This document shows positions 37,704-45,859 of a DNA stretch of 64,000 bases, one piece after another. Source of the stretch: Chlamydiia bacterium (lineage in GTDB: Bacteria > Chlamydiota > Chlamydiia > Chlamydiales > RGXB01); contig JBEIFH010000005.1 of assembly GCA_040382515.1 (NCBI GenBank), positions 2,397 through 66,396 of the forward strand. The letters are read 5' to 3'. The number at the start of each line of letters is the position of its first letter. The stretch's first letter is position 1. The notes beneath the pieces were generated by a model, which saw only the letters and a program-made list of their open reading frames with translations, did no database searches and was not told the DNA's origin. A program made the position numbers and the translations under genes.

Positions 37704-38346
37704 AACCCTTCTTCACTTTTTTGGATTCAAAGTAAATCTGGGATAATACTTTTGTAATTTCCTTTTCCTGTTTCACAGAACGCTTAAAAAGGCGCTTATG
37801 ATCCATGAACCCCTGTTTTTCGACAAACTCTATGAATTGAAAGAAGCGGCCAAAATACCCATTGATATCAAATACGACCAAAGGTCTTAGAACTTTCTCC
37901 TTGGTGGCATTCTGATCGATCACGAAGCTCATTTCTGCAATCGTCTCTATACCCCCCGGCAAAACAAGGAAAAGGTCGCTGTCGTTGTACATTTGTTGCA
38001 TCCTTTCGGAGTCATTTTGGAAGATTCTGGAGGCTATGGCATCGGGGGTTTTGAATTTCTCTTTTTCGTTTCTGTAGGCCACTACCTCCCCACCTCGAGA
38101 CTTGAACTCCTGAACAAAAAAATATCTGATACCTGCCCCCCCTCCGTCATAAATAAGCCGGACTTTTGAGGTGTCCATCTCTTTAGCCAGTTTTTTTACC
38201 TCAAGCGTGATCTCCTTGTCGTTACCGTTTTTATCGCTACCGATAAGCGCTACGGTTAGTTTGGAGGGACTTAAAGCGGGATCATTTTTTGTGGTTTCAA
38301 CAGGGGCTACTGCCAAGATCAGGCTTACTACCAGATGGGTAAACAT
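37702..38346 (-). CDS. LOG-family nucleoside-monophosphate phosphoribohydrolase with apparent signal peptide
   Basis: LIYDGGGAG, ERMQQM...SDLFLVLPGGIETIAE and NGYF motifs; N-terminus MFTHLVVSLILAVA. Confidence 0.8.
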   Translation of the reverse strand: MFTHLVVSLILAVAPVETTKNDPALSPSKLTVALIGSDKNGNDKEITLEVKKLAKEMDTSKVRLIYDGGGAGIRYFFVQEFKSRGGEVVAYRNEKEKFKTPDAIASRIFQNDSERMQQMYNDSDLFLVLPGGIETIAEMSFVIDQNATKEKVLRPLVVFDINGYFGRFFQFIEFVEKQGFMDHKRLFKRSVKQEKEITKVLSQIYFESKKVKKG

Positions 38347-38444
38347 ATGTCTGTTCCGTCGTGAATTAGAACTTATTGAAGAGTATATTTGAACTGCGAT
38401 TAGATTCCCTCAAAAAAAAAGGGGCGTTCGTTTATACTAGATCT

Positions 38445-40136
38445 ATGCAAATCCTCCTTAGCGTACAAAATCTTAGCAAATCATTCGGATCTAAAAACCT
38501 TTTTGACAACCTTAGCTTCAGTGTTTTCGACCATCAAAAAATTGGGATCGTAGGGCCGAACGGGTCGGGTAAAAGCACCCTTTTACGCATTTTACAAGGG
38601 ATCGATGCCCCCGACGAAGGGAAGGTGATCTATCGAAAAGGGGTCAAATCTGCGTATGCCGCGCAACAGGCGGATATTTTAAATCTTGAATTAAGCGCCT
38701 ATAGAAAAAATCTGTTTGACTTTCCGATGGATGTGGACCCGTCTAAACTTTCGGGAGGGCAAAAGAGAAAATATTTAATCGCCCATGCAATCGATCAGGA
38801 ACCATCTCTGTTACTTTTGGACGAACCGACAAACCATCTGGACCTTGAGGGTATTTTGTGGCTTGAGGAGATGCTTAATTCGATCTCGACGCCCATGCTG
38901 ATCATCAGCCACGATAGGGTTTTTTTAGATAGGGTAACCAATGCCACCCTGGAGATCAACCACCGCTATCCTAAAGGACATTTTTTCGTTGACGGCCCCT
39001 TTTCGACCTATTTGAAAGAGAAAGAGATCTACGAGGCAAGTCAGTCCAAAAAGGCCCATTCTCTTGAACAAGAGCTTAAAAAACAGCTCGAGTGGCTTGG
39101 TCGAACAGCTCCGGCGAGGACGGCAAAATCTCTTACCCGAGTCAGAGATGTCGGCAGCCTCCAGCAAGAGGTGCGCGCTATCAAGGAGAGGAACCGGGAC
39201 CTGGGCACTTTAGCTACTTTTAGCCAATCTACTTCGAGCTCTAAAAAGCTGATCGTTTTAAAGCATGTTTTTAAGAGTTTTAATGAAAAAAACCTCTTTG
39301 AGGATTTCAATATCGAAATTTCTAGAAAAGACCGCCTCGGCGTTTTGGGGATGAACGGATCGGGGAAAAGCACCCTTTTAAAAATCTTACTCAAGGAATT
39401 GGCTCCCGATAAGGGGACAGTGAAATGGAAAGAGGATTTGAACGTAGTCTACTTTGACCAAATGAAAGAGGCTTTGCCTAAAAAAGGGATGACCCTTCAA
39501 GAAGCACTCACAGGTCACTTGGCCGATACGGTCTTTTATCAGGGCAAGGCGATGCATATCATCTCCTGGGCCAAAAAATTTCGCTTCGATCCCGACAGAC
39601 TTTCGATGGACATTGAGGTGTTGTCAGGCGGTGAGCGGGCGCGCGCGATTCTGGCAAGGCTTATGCTAAAACCGGCCGATGTGCTTCTACTTGACGAGCC
39701 GACAAATGATCTCGACATGGAGATGATTGACCTTCTGACGAAGTCTTTAGAGGACTTTGAGGGTGCGGTAGTAGTGATTTCCCATGATCGTTATTTTCTT
39801 AACGCCCTATCGACTCAATATATTGGACTTGGTGTCGATAGCGAAACCGGTTACCTCTTCAGCGATTTTGAGCAGTGGCAACAAAAGCTCTCCCAAAAAA
39901 GAAAAGAGGCCAAATCGGGAGGAATAAACTCTCCCTCCCAAAATCCCAAGGAGAAAAAGCGCTCCACAAGAGAAATTGAGCAAAAAATTGAAAAATTGGA
40001 AGAACAGATCCTTTCGATAGAAGAGAAATTAGCCCAAGCCTCTCCCCAAGATCTTGAAAAGCTTTGCAAACAGCACCTCTCTCTCAAAAAAGAGTTAGAG
40101 TCCCTTTATAAAACGTGGGAAGAACTGGTCCAATAA
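38445..40136 (+). CDS. uup: ABC-F ATPase, Uup-like
   Basis: Two ABC domains (GPNGSGKST, LSGG, DEPTN, SHDR), no TMs, C-terminal coiled coil. Start ATG 38445. Confidence 0.9.
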   Translation: MQILLSVQNLSKSFGSKNLFDNLSFSVFDHQKIGIVGPNGSGKSTLLRILQGIDAPDEGKVIYRKGVKSAYAAQQADILNLELSAYRKNLFDFPMDVDPSKLSGGQKRKYLIAHAIDQEPSLLLLDEPTNHLDLEGILWLEEMLNSISTPMLIISHDRVFLDRVTNATLEINHRYPKGHFFVDGPFSTYLKEKEIYEASQSKKAHSLEQELKKQLEWLGRTAPARTAKSLTRVRDVGSLQQEVRAIKERNRDLGTLATFSQSTSSSKKLIVLKHVFKSFNEKNLFEDFNIEISRKDRLGVLGMNGSGKSTLLKILLKELAPDKGTVKWKEDLNVVYFDQMKEALPKKGMTLQEALTGHLADTVFYQGKAMHIISWAKKFRFDPDRLSMDIEVLSGGERARAILARLMLKPADVLLLDEPTNDLDMEMIDLLTKSLEDFEGAVVVISHDRYFLNALSTQYIGLGVDSETGYLFSDFEQWQQKLSQKRKEAKSGGINSPSQNPKEKKRSTREIEQKIEKLEEQILSIEEKLAQASPQDLEKLCKQHLSLKKELESLYKTWEELVQ

Positions 40137-40168
40137 CTTTTGCTCTATAAAAATAAAGCTTCAACCTG

Positions 40169-40487
40169 CCCCTACCCCCTTTATAAATGGATCCAATCGC
40201 TTTATAAATCTAAGGGCCTAAAGCTCCCCCTGTCCCCTTTTTAAATGGATCCAATCGCTTTGCAAATCTAAGGTGCTAAAGCTCCCCCTGCCCCCTTTTT
40301 AAATGGATCCAATCGCTTTGCAAATCTAAGGGCCTAAAGCTGCTCCCCCTACCCCCTTTATAAATGGATCCAATCGCTTTATAAATCTTAGGGCCTAAAG
40401 CTGCTCCCCCTACCCCCTTTATAAATGGATCCAATCGCTTTATAAATCTTAGGGCCTAAAGCTCCCCCTGTCCCCTTTTTAAATGGA
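40169..40487. repeat. Non-coding tandem array, 5 full units plus a partial unit, period 58/61 bp
   Basis: Core AAATGGATCCAATCGCTTT at 40185, 40243, 40301, 40362 and 40423; degenerate copy at 40481. Confidence 0.97.
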
Positions 40488-40505
40488 GCGAATAGGCGTT
40501 TCACC

Positions 40506-40534
40506 TTGCAAATGTGAAAAATTTCGGGTAAAAT
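40506..40534 (+). promoter_or_regulatory. Sigma66-type promoter of rlmN
   Basis: TTGCAA-17 bp-TAAAAT, 9 nt before the ATG. Confidence 0.6.
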
Positions 40535-40543
40535 AGCGCCCTT

Positions 40544-41638
40544 ATGGAGCGGCCTTTTTATCTAGACCTGACTCTTGATTCTTGGACCCAATGGGTTACA
40601 GCGCAAGGGTTTGGGGCATTCGTTGCCAAGCAAATATTTGGGTGGATCCTCAAAGGTGTCCAAGATCCCCAAAAATTCAACATCTCTAAGGATTTAAAAA
40701 AAATACTTGAAGAATCTTTCAATTGGGCACTCCCCACTATCGATACCCGACTGAAAAGCTCGGACGGCAGCACCAAGTATTTGCTGAAGCTCTTTGACGA
40801 TAAATTTATCGAAATGGTCCTGATGCCGTCTATGGATAGGGTCACCCTCTGCATCAGCTCTCAAGTGGGGTGCCGGATGAACTGCTCTTTTTGCCAAACG
40901 GGCAAAATGGGCCTTATGAGGAATTTAAGCTCAGGGGAGATCCTGTCACAAATCTTGATCGCAAATCAAGAACTCCATGACGCCAAAGTTACCAATATTG
41001 TTTTCATGGGGATGGGCGAGCCGCTCGACAATTTTCATGAGGTGGTAAAGGCTTTGAAAATCATGACGGATCCTCAAGGACTACAGCTTTCCAAACATAA
41101 AGTCACCGTCTCCACATCGGGCCTTGTTCCAGAAATTGCAGCATTGGGAAAGGAGGTGGCGGTAAGTTTAGCTATTTCGTTTCATACCCCCTTCGATGAG
41201 GAGCGCTCCTCAATGATGCCGGTCAATAAAACATACCCTTTGGATGTATTGAAAAAAGCTTTGCTGGAGTACCCGGTGCAAACGCGCCATGGAATCACAT
41301 TGGAATACGTGATGATCAAAGATAAAAACGATTCGTTGCGGCATGCCAAAGCATTGGTGAAATTTGCACATGGGCTAAAGGTAAAAGTCAATCTCATCCC
41401 ACTCAACCCCCACCCGGGATCTCCAATGGAACCGGCCTTAGCAGAGAATTTAGCCTCCTTTCAGGCCTACCTTGAAGAACGCTCTATATCAGCACCGGTG
41501 CGCTATAGCCGTGGCCAGGATGTATCTGCTGCATGTGGCCAGCTAGCCGTGAAAAGAAAAAATGAGCTGAGCGCCGATCCCAGACTTCTTTGGAGAGACC
41601 GACGCTCTGTCGAACGCTCCACGAAAAACACCTCCTAA
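40544..41638 (+). CDS. rlmN: Dual-specificity 23S rRNA/tRNA m2A methyltransferase (radical SAM)
   Basis: CISSQVGCRMNCSFC, MGMGEP and AACGQL motifs. Confidence 0.97.
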   Translation: MERPFYLDLTLDSWTQWVTAQGFGAFVAKQIFGWILKGVQDPQKFNISKDLKKILEESFNWALPTIDTRLKSSDGSTKYLLKLFDDKFIEMVLMPSMDRVTLCISSQVGCRMNCSFCQTGKMGLMRNLSSGEILSQILIANQELHDAKVTNIVFMGMGEPLDNFHEVVKALKIMTDPQGLQLSKHKVTVSTSGLVPEIAALGKEVAVSLAISFHTPFDEERSSMMPVNKTYPLDVLKKALLEYPVQTRHGITLEYVMIKDKNDSLRHAKALVKFAHGLKVKVNLIPLNPHPGSPMEPALAENLASFQAYLEERSISAPVRYSRGQDVSAACGQLAVKRKNELSADPRLLWRDRRSVERSTKNTS

Positions 41639-41700
41639 TCTCCTCTAAATAGAATAAACTCTCGCAAGAAAATAGCCCTATTTGGTAGCTTGCATAGTTA

Positions 41701-42495
41701 ATGCCATGTAAATCAACTACTAAACTTGGAAATCTCCCTGAGCACTTACAATCCTTTCGGATCTCCCATGCTCCTTTCATGAACCGCAAATGGAAGGTGC
41801 TCTCAAAAGAAGTTGATGAACTCAAGAAAATACTCAAACGGTTCCGGGCGATCATAGGTTTCGATCCTTTTGAGCATCTCATAGTGAAAATCCACTCTAT
41901 TTTTGGCCATTACACCCCCTTTCTTGAAAAGAAAAATAGTCTGAAAAAATTCTGCGCCCAGCATAAAAAGCAGGGATTGATCGGAAAACTGGAAAATTTG
42001 ATCCACAATGCAGAAAATAAACCCAAGGCGATCACCGCCAAGCACTCTATCAAGTTTAAAATGATGAAATTGGAGGATGAAAATCTTTTAATTGTTTTCA
42101 ATCACCTTGTCGACCTAGGGTTTTTCAAGGCATCCGTCGGGATCACCCCTGTTGAAATTCGTTTATTGATGGCCGAAAAATCGAGAGAATTTCTTGGAAC
42201 TAAAAAACTCTCCCTCGCAAAATTGAAGCTCACACATGTACCCAAAGAAATATTACTCTTCAAAAATCTAAAATCGCTAAATATTTCCCAAAACCAATTA
42301 GAGTTTCTCCCCGAGTGGATAGGTGAACTTGAAGAGCTTGAGACAATCAACATATCCAAAAACCGGCTCTATAATCTCCCAACAAGCTTCTACAAGCTGA
42401 AAAAGCTCAAGACAATCTTCATTCATAGCAACAAACTCACACACGTTCCTCTTCGCTTAAGCCATCTCCCCTCTTTAAAAAGGCTTGTAAGTTGA
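41701..42495 (+). CDS. Leucine-rich repeat protein
   Basis: C-terminal LxxLxxLxISxNxL repeats (LKSLNISQNQLEFLP, LETINISKNRLYNLP). Confidence 0.9.
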   Translation: MPCKSTTKLGNLPEHLQSFRISHAPFMNRKWKVLSKEVDELKKILKRFRAIIGFDPFEHLIVKIHSIFGHYTPFLEKKNSLKKFCAQHKKQGLIGKLENLIHNAENKPKAITAKHSIKFKMMKLEDENLLIVFNHLVDLGFFKASVGITPVEIRLLMAEKSREFLGTKKLSLAKLKLTHVPKEILLFKNLKSLNISQNQLEFLPEWIGELEELETINISKNRLYNLPTSFYKLKKLKTIFIHSNKLTHVPLRLSHLPSLKRLVS

Positions 42496-42684
42496 TTTTG
42501 TAAAACTTTTTTTACAAATTTTTCCTATAGAAGGAGCCTATCTTTAGTTTTCCTTTCCGAAGGATTGCCAACTTTATGTTTTTTCAGCTTTATTAAAGAA
42601 ATATGCATCAACAAATCTATTTAAAAGCACCGATGATCTTTTTATTCTTTAGTTTTAATTTTTTTACAGGTAGGTATACCGAAT

Positions 42685-43314
42685 ATGAAAAGAAGCAAAT
42701 TAACTAAAGTTTCGTGGGATTATATTGTACCTGTGAAGTTCCCCTCCAGCATCAATAAGAGTAGTGGTGTGGAGGCAGGAAAGCTCCCAGCCCATCTTTT
42801 AAGAGATATTCTCCCTTGTGGAAAGCTCCATTTCCGTGCAGCGGATGCATGGCATGCGATGCGTGCCGCTGCTAAAGCAGATGGTGTTAATTTACAACCC
42901 AACTCAGCAGGGGATACGTACCGCTCATATGATTCCCAAAAATCTATATTTCTCACTCGCTTTCAGCTCGAACCAATTCCTAATGCAGTTAACAGACGTT
43001 TTGAAGGTAAAGTATGGTATTTTAAGCCGGGCTTCGCTCCAATTGCTTCACCCGGGACGAGTAACCATAATTGGGGCCTTGCTGTTGATATCCTCAGCGC
43101 TTCCGAACCATCTAGAATGAAATGGCTGATTGACAATATTAAGAGGTTTGGTTGGAGCTGGGAGCTTGTTCCGGCAGAGCCTTGGCATATCCGCTACGTT
43201 TGTGGCGATGATGTTCCACAGGAGGTGCAGGATTGGATTGCAGCCAACCCAACTTTAGCTTCTGAACCCCCCAAAAGCGAGGAATCCCACAACCGAAATT
43301 TAGATGACCATTGA
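42685..43314 (+). CDS. M15-family Zn peptidoglycan peptidase (VanY/D-Ala-D-Ala carboxypeptidase-like)
   Basis: YRSYDSQ, PGTSNHNWGLAVD (SxHxxGxAxD) and EPWH motifs. Confidence 0.92.
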   Translation: MKRSKLTKVSWDYIVPVKFPSSINKSSGVEAGKLPAHLLRDILPCGKLHFRAADAWHAMRAAAKADGVNLQPNSAGDTYRSYDSQKSIFLTRFQLEPIPNAVNRRFEGKVWYFKPGFAPIASPGTSNHNWGLAVDILSASEPSRMKWLIDNIKRFGWSWELVPAEPWHIRYVCGDDVPQEVQDWIAANPTLASEPPKSEESHNRNLDDH

Positions 43315-43341
43315 TTCTAGGTAAAATACAGGCGCTATTTA

Positions 43342-43373
43342 AAGGACGGGGTATTTATCCCCCGTCCCTTTTT
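43342..43373 (+). terminator. Intrinsic terminator after the peptidase
   Basis: GGACGGGG/CCCCGTCC stem followed by a T-tract. Confidence 0.7.
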
Positions 43374-43490
43374 ACTGATTGAATACCAATAGATTAAATT
43401 CCCTGAAGCACTCAGTATTAAAAATTTTTTTTTATAAAAAAATTATCTTTTTATAGATTAAATTACGGTTATGCTGTAAAATATCCCCTT

Positions 43491-44807
43491 TTGAACGAGA
43501 TTTATATGCTTAGACCCGTCGACCCCACATCCCTCCCCACCACATTTGAACGTTTCGTAATCGCCCCCTTGAATCAAGTAGCAAAAATAGCTCTTGCGAT
43601 TTTAAAATCTGTAGGTGCTGTTCTTGCTATGCCTTTCCAAGCTATCCACCGCCAATTTGTCAATCAAAAGGGCAGTACTATAGGGGAAATTGAGAAACAA
43701 CTAAGAGACGTTCAACGAGACAGAAGAAAACTTCAATCTCAAATAGAGCTCTGTTCACGCAGTTTGCATAGTGTACAGCTTGATATAAAATGTTTCATGA
43801 CAAGACTTCAACGAGGGCTTCAAACCTTATCCTACCACGATTATGCTTTTAAATCTGTTGATAAAGAACAAGACGAAGCCTTTTTTGGTAGATTAAAGAT
43901 TGAAACAGATGAACCCATTGAAAGTCTAAAGGAAAAATTAACCGAACTTGAGCAATACGTTGAGAGCCTTGAGAATCGTAGAATTTATAAATCGGAAGAC
44001 AGTTTGAGACTTTCTGAAAACCACCAAGCTGTAATCGACCAGAAAGTTGGACGACTTCAATGGGACCCTAAAAGGATGGAACTTTTTGAAAAACTAAATA
44101 AAGACTTGAGCCAGGACTCATTCCAGACATTAGACCTGTTTGCTAAATCTCTTGAAAAGCTAGAAAGTTATCAAAGGGAGGTAAAAGCTGGGTCTCCCTC
44201 AGAAACCAATTGTAGTCAAGCAGTACAAAAACTGATTTCTGGTTTCAAAGGGGAATTAACCAAGGGTGCTGAATGTATTGAAGGGCTAAAGAAAACCCTT
44301 CAAGAGTTTCGAGCCTACAATGAAAGGGACTTTTTAGATAGATTTGTCAAATTTAAAAGCTCCGTAGATAGTCTAGAAAACTATACTGATAATGTAGCCT
44401 GTTTTATAGCCTCAACAACTCCTTATAACTCGAGTGAACATGAGTATTTAAAAAAATTCAGAGAACTATTAACCCCTTCCATGCCTCTATTGAATGCTAC
44501 TCATGCAACAGAGGATGCAATAGTTGCCCCAAGAGAACCTAGCCCCTTAGGCGGTGGCGAAGCTGCCGACCTTCAAGAAGGATGCAGAGATTTATTAACC
44601 CCTTCCATGCCTCCATTGAATGCTATTCATGCAACAAAGGATGAAATATTTGCCGCAAGCGAACCTAGCTCCCTAGGCGGTGGCGAAGCTGCCGACCTTC
44701 AAGAAGGATCAGACGGCTTTCCTGCACTGAGCCGTATTCAGCAACATTCGACACCTAGAAAGCCCAGAAGTAACAAGCAACAAAATAGGGCGATACATAA
44801 CTCTTAA
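43491..44807 (+). CDS. Coiled-coil hypothetical protein with C-terminal 42-aa duplication (candidate effector/Inc)
   Basis: N-terminal hydrophobic stretch (IALAILKSVGAVLAMP), heptad-rich middle region. Confidence 0.8.
   Translation: MNEIYMLRPVDPTSLPTTFERFVIAPLNQVAKIALAILKSVGAVLAMPFQAIHRQFVNQKGSTIGEIEKQLRDVQRDRRKLQSQIELCSRSLHSVQLDIKCFMTRLQRGLQTLSYHDYAFKSVDKEQDEAFFGRLKIETDEPIESLKEKLTELEQYVESLENRRIYKSEDSLRLSENHQAVIDQKVGRLQWDPKRMELFEKLNKDLSQDSFQTLDLFAKSLEKLESYQREVKAGSPSETNCSQAVQKLISGFKGELTKGAECIEGLKKTLQEFRAYNERDFLDRFVKFKSSVDSLENYTDNVACFIASTTPYNSSEHEYLKKFRELLTPSMPLLNATHATEDAIVAPREPSPLGGGEAADLQEGCRDLLTPSMPPLNAIHATKDEIFAASEPSSLGGGEAADLQEGSDGFPALSRIQQHSTPRKPRSNKQQNRAIHNS
44459..44709. repeat. 126-bp in-frame duplication (2 diverged copies)
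   Basis: Units start at about 44460 and 44586; both encode LLTPSMP...LGGGEAADLQEG. Confidence 0.92.
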
Positions 44808-44847
44808 AATTTAGTTCTCTAAGTACTAAACTCTATTTAAAGCAAAA

Positions 44848-44878
44848 AAGCATGGGAATATATCTCTCATGCTTCTTT
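44848..44878 (+). terminator. Intrinsic terminator
   Basis: AAGCATGGGA/TCTCATGCTT stem followed by CTTT. Confidence 0.5.
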
Positions 44879-45016
44879 AATTACCTCAGTCAAAAGAGGT
44901 CAAGCGACCTCAACTTTTTTCGGTAAAACAGGTTTATAAGAAATAGAAACGTCCTATTTAAAAAAAATTCTCGAGTGCCAAGCAATTCGATAACAGGTTG
45001 AAGAACCTCAAATGTT

Positions 45017-45745
45017 TTACGATTGCCTTCCAAAAAGAACCCCTTTTCGCCCTAGAAACCAGTAGCGCAGATCTTTCAAAAGTGCATCCCCCGACTTTTC
45101 ATAGAGATGCAATAAGTGTTGGTTGGCAAGAAAAAAGGCATAGGACAATCCCATAGTAGCTAGATTATGGGAAATGAAGTGGTAACCTCTTGCAATTTGG
45201 TAAAAACCCATGAAATGACCCAAAAAAGAGATCGCCAAGAAAGCAGAGAATCTTCTAGAGGGCTGTAATAACGTGAGGGCTGCGTACAATCCAAATCCGG
45301 CGCTCACATGTCCCCCCGGGAAGCAACGCCCTGTCCCGGATATAAAAGAATCTATTAAAGAAAGTTCTGGCTGGTGCCCCCCAAAATAGAAAAGGTCCTT
45401 GGGGCACTCGACACCGGTCAAGATCTTCAAAAGGGCAACTGCTATTGGAGAGATGGAGAGGAAAAAAGCGGTAAAAATCTCCCTGGTGCCGCCTTTTGCA
45501 ATCAAAGCTCTCACGATAAGATAGAAGATCAATCCCCCAAAAAAGGTTTTGGGAGTGTGGTAACAGCCAAGGCGCAGCCACCATTCCGCCCCTGTAATCG
45601 ACCATTTTTCTTGAAAAGGGTCAAAAAACTGCATCTGCAAAGGGGCATCGATAAACAAGAATGCAAGGGCGCAGAATGCCAATGAAGCTATACAGAAACC
45701 GATTCCGGGAATTTTTAAATCTTTGAACATGGATATCCACCACAC
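45017..45745 (-). CDS. PAP2-family membrane phosphatase
   Basis: LKxxTxxECP, GRCFPGGH and QIARGYHFISH motifs. Confidence 0.9.
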   Translation of the reverse strand: MWWISMFKDLKIPGIGFCIASLAFCALAFLFIDAPLQMQFFDPFQEKWSITGAEWWLRLGCYHTPKTFFGGLIFYLIVRALIAKGGTREIFTAFFLSISPIAVALLKILTGVECPKDLFYFGGHQPELSLIDSFISGTGRCFPGGHVSAGFGLYAALTLLQPSRRFSAFLAISFLGHFMGFYQIARGYHFISHNLATMGLSYAFFLANQHLLHLYEKSGDALLKDLRYWFLGRKGVLFGRQS

Positions 45746-45859
45746 TACGTTATTTACAATTTTTTCCTCAACACCTACCCTATTTAAAGTGTTGGATCAA
45801 ATCCACCCTAGAAGGGGTTAAAAACCCAAATTTAAGGTTATTGTTTAACTCGGGACAAT

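Noticed and set aside
40169-40487. CRISPR array interpretation of the 58/61-bp repeat
   Set aside because: The sequences between cores are near-identical rather than unique spacers, and no cas genes are in the window.
42685-43314. Prophage remnant around the M15 peptidase
   Set aside because: No holin, structural, integrase or att-like features nearby.
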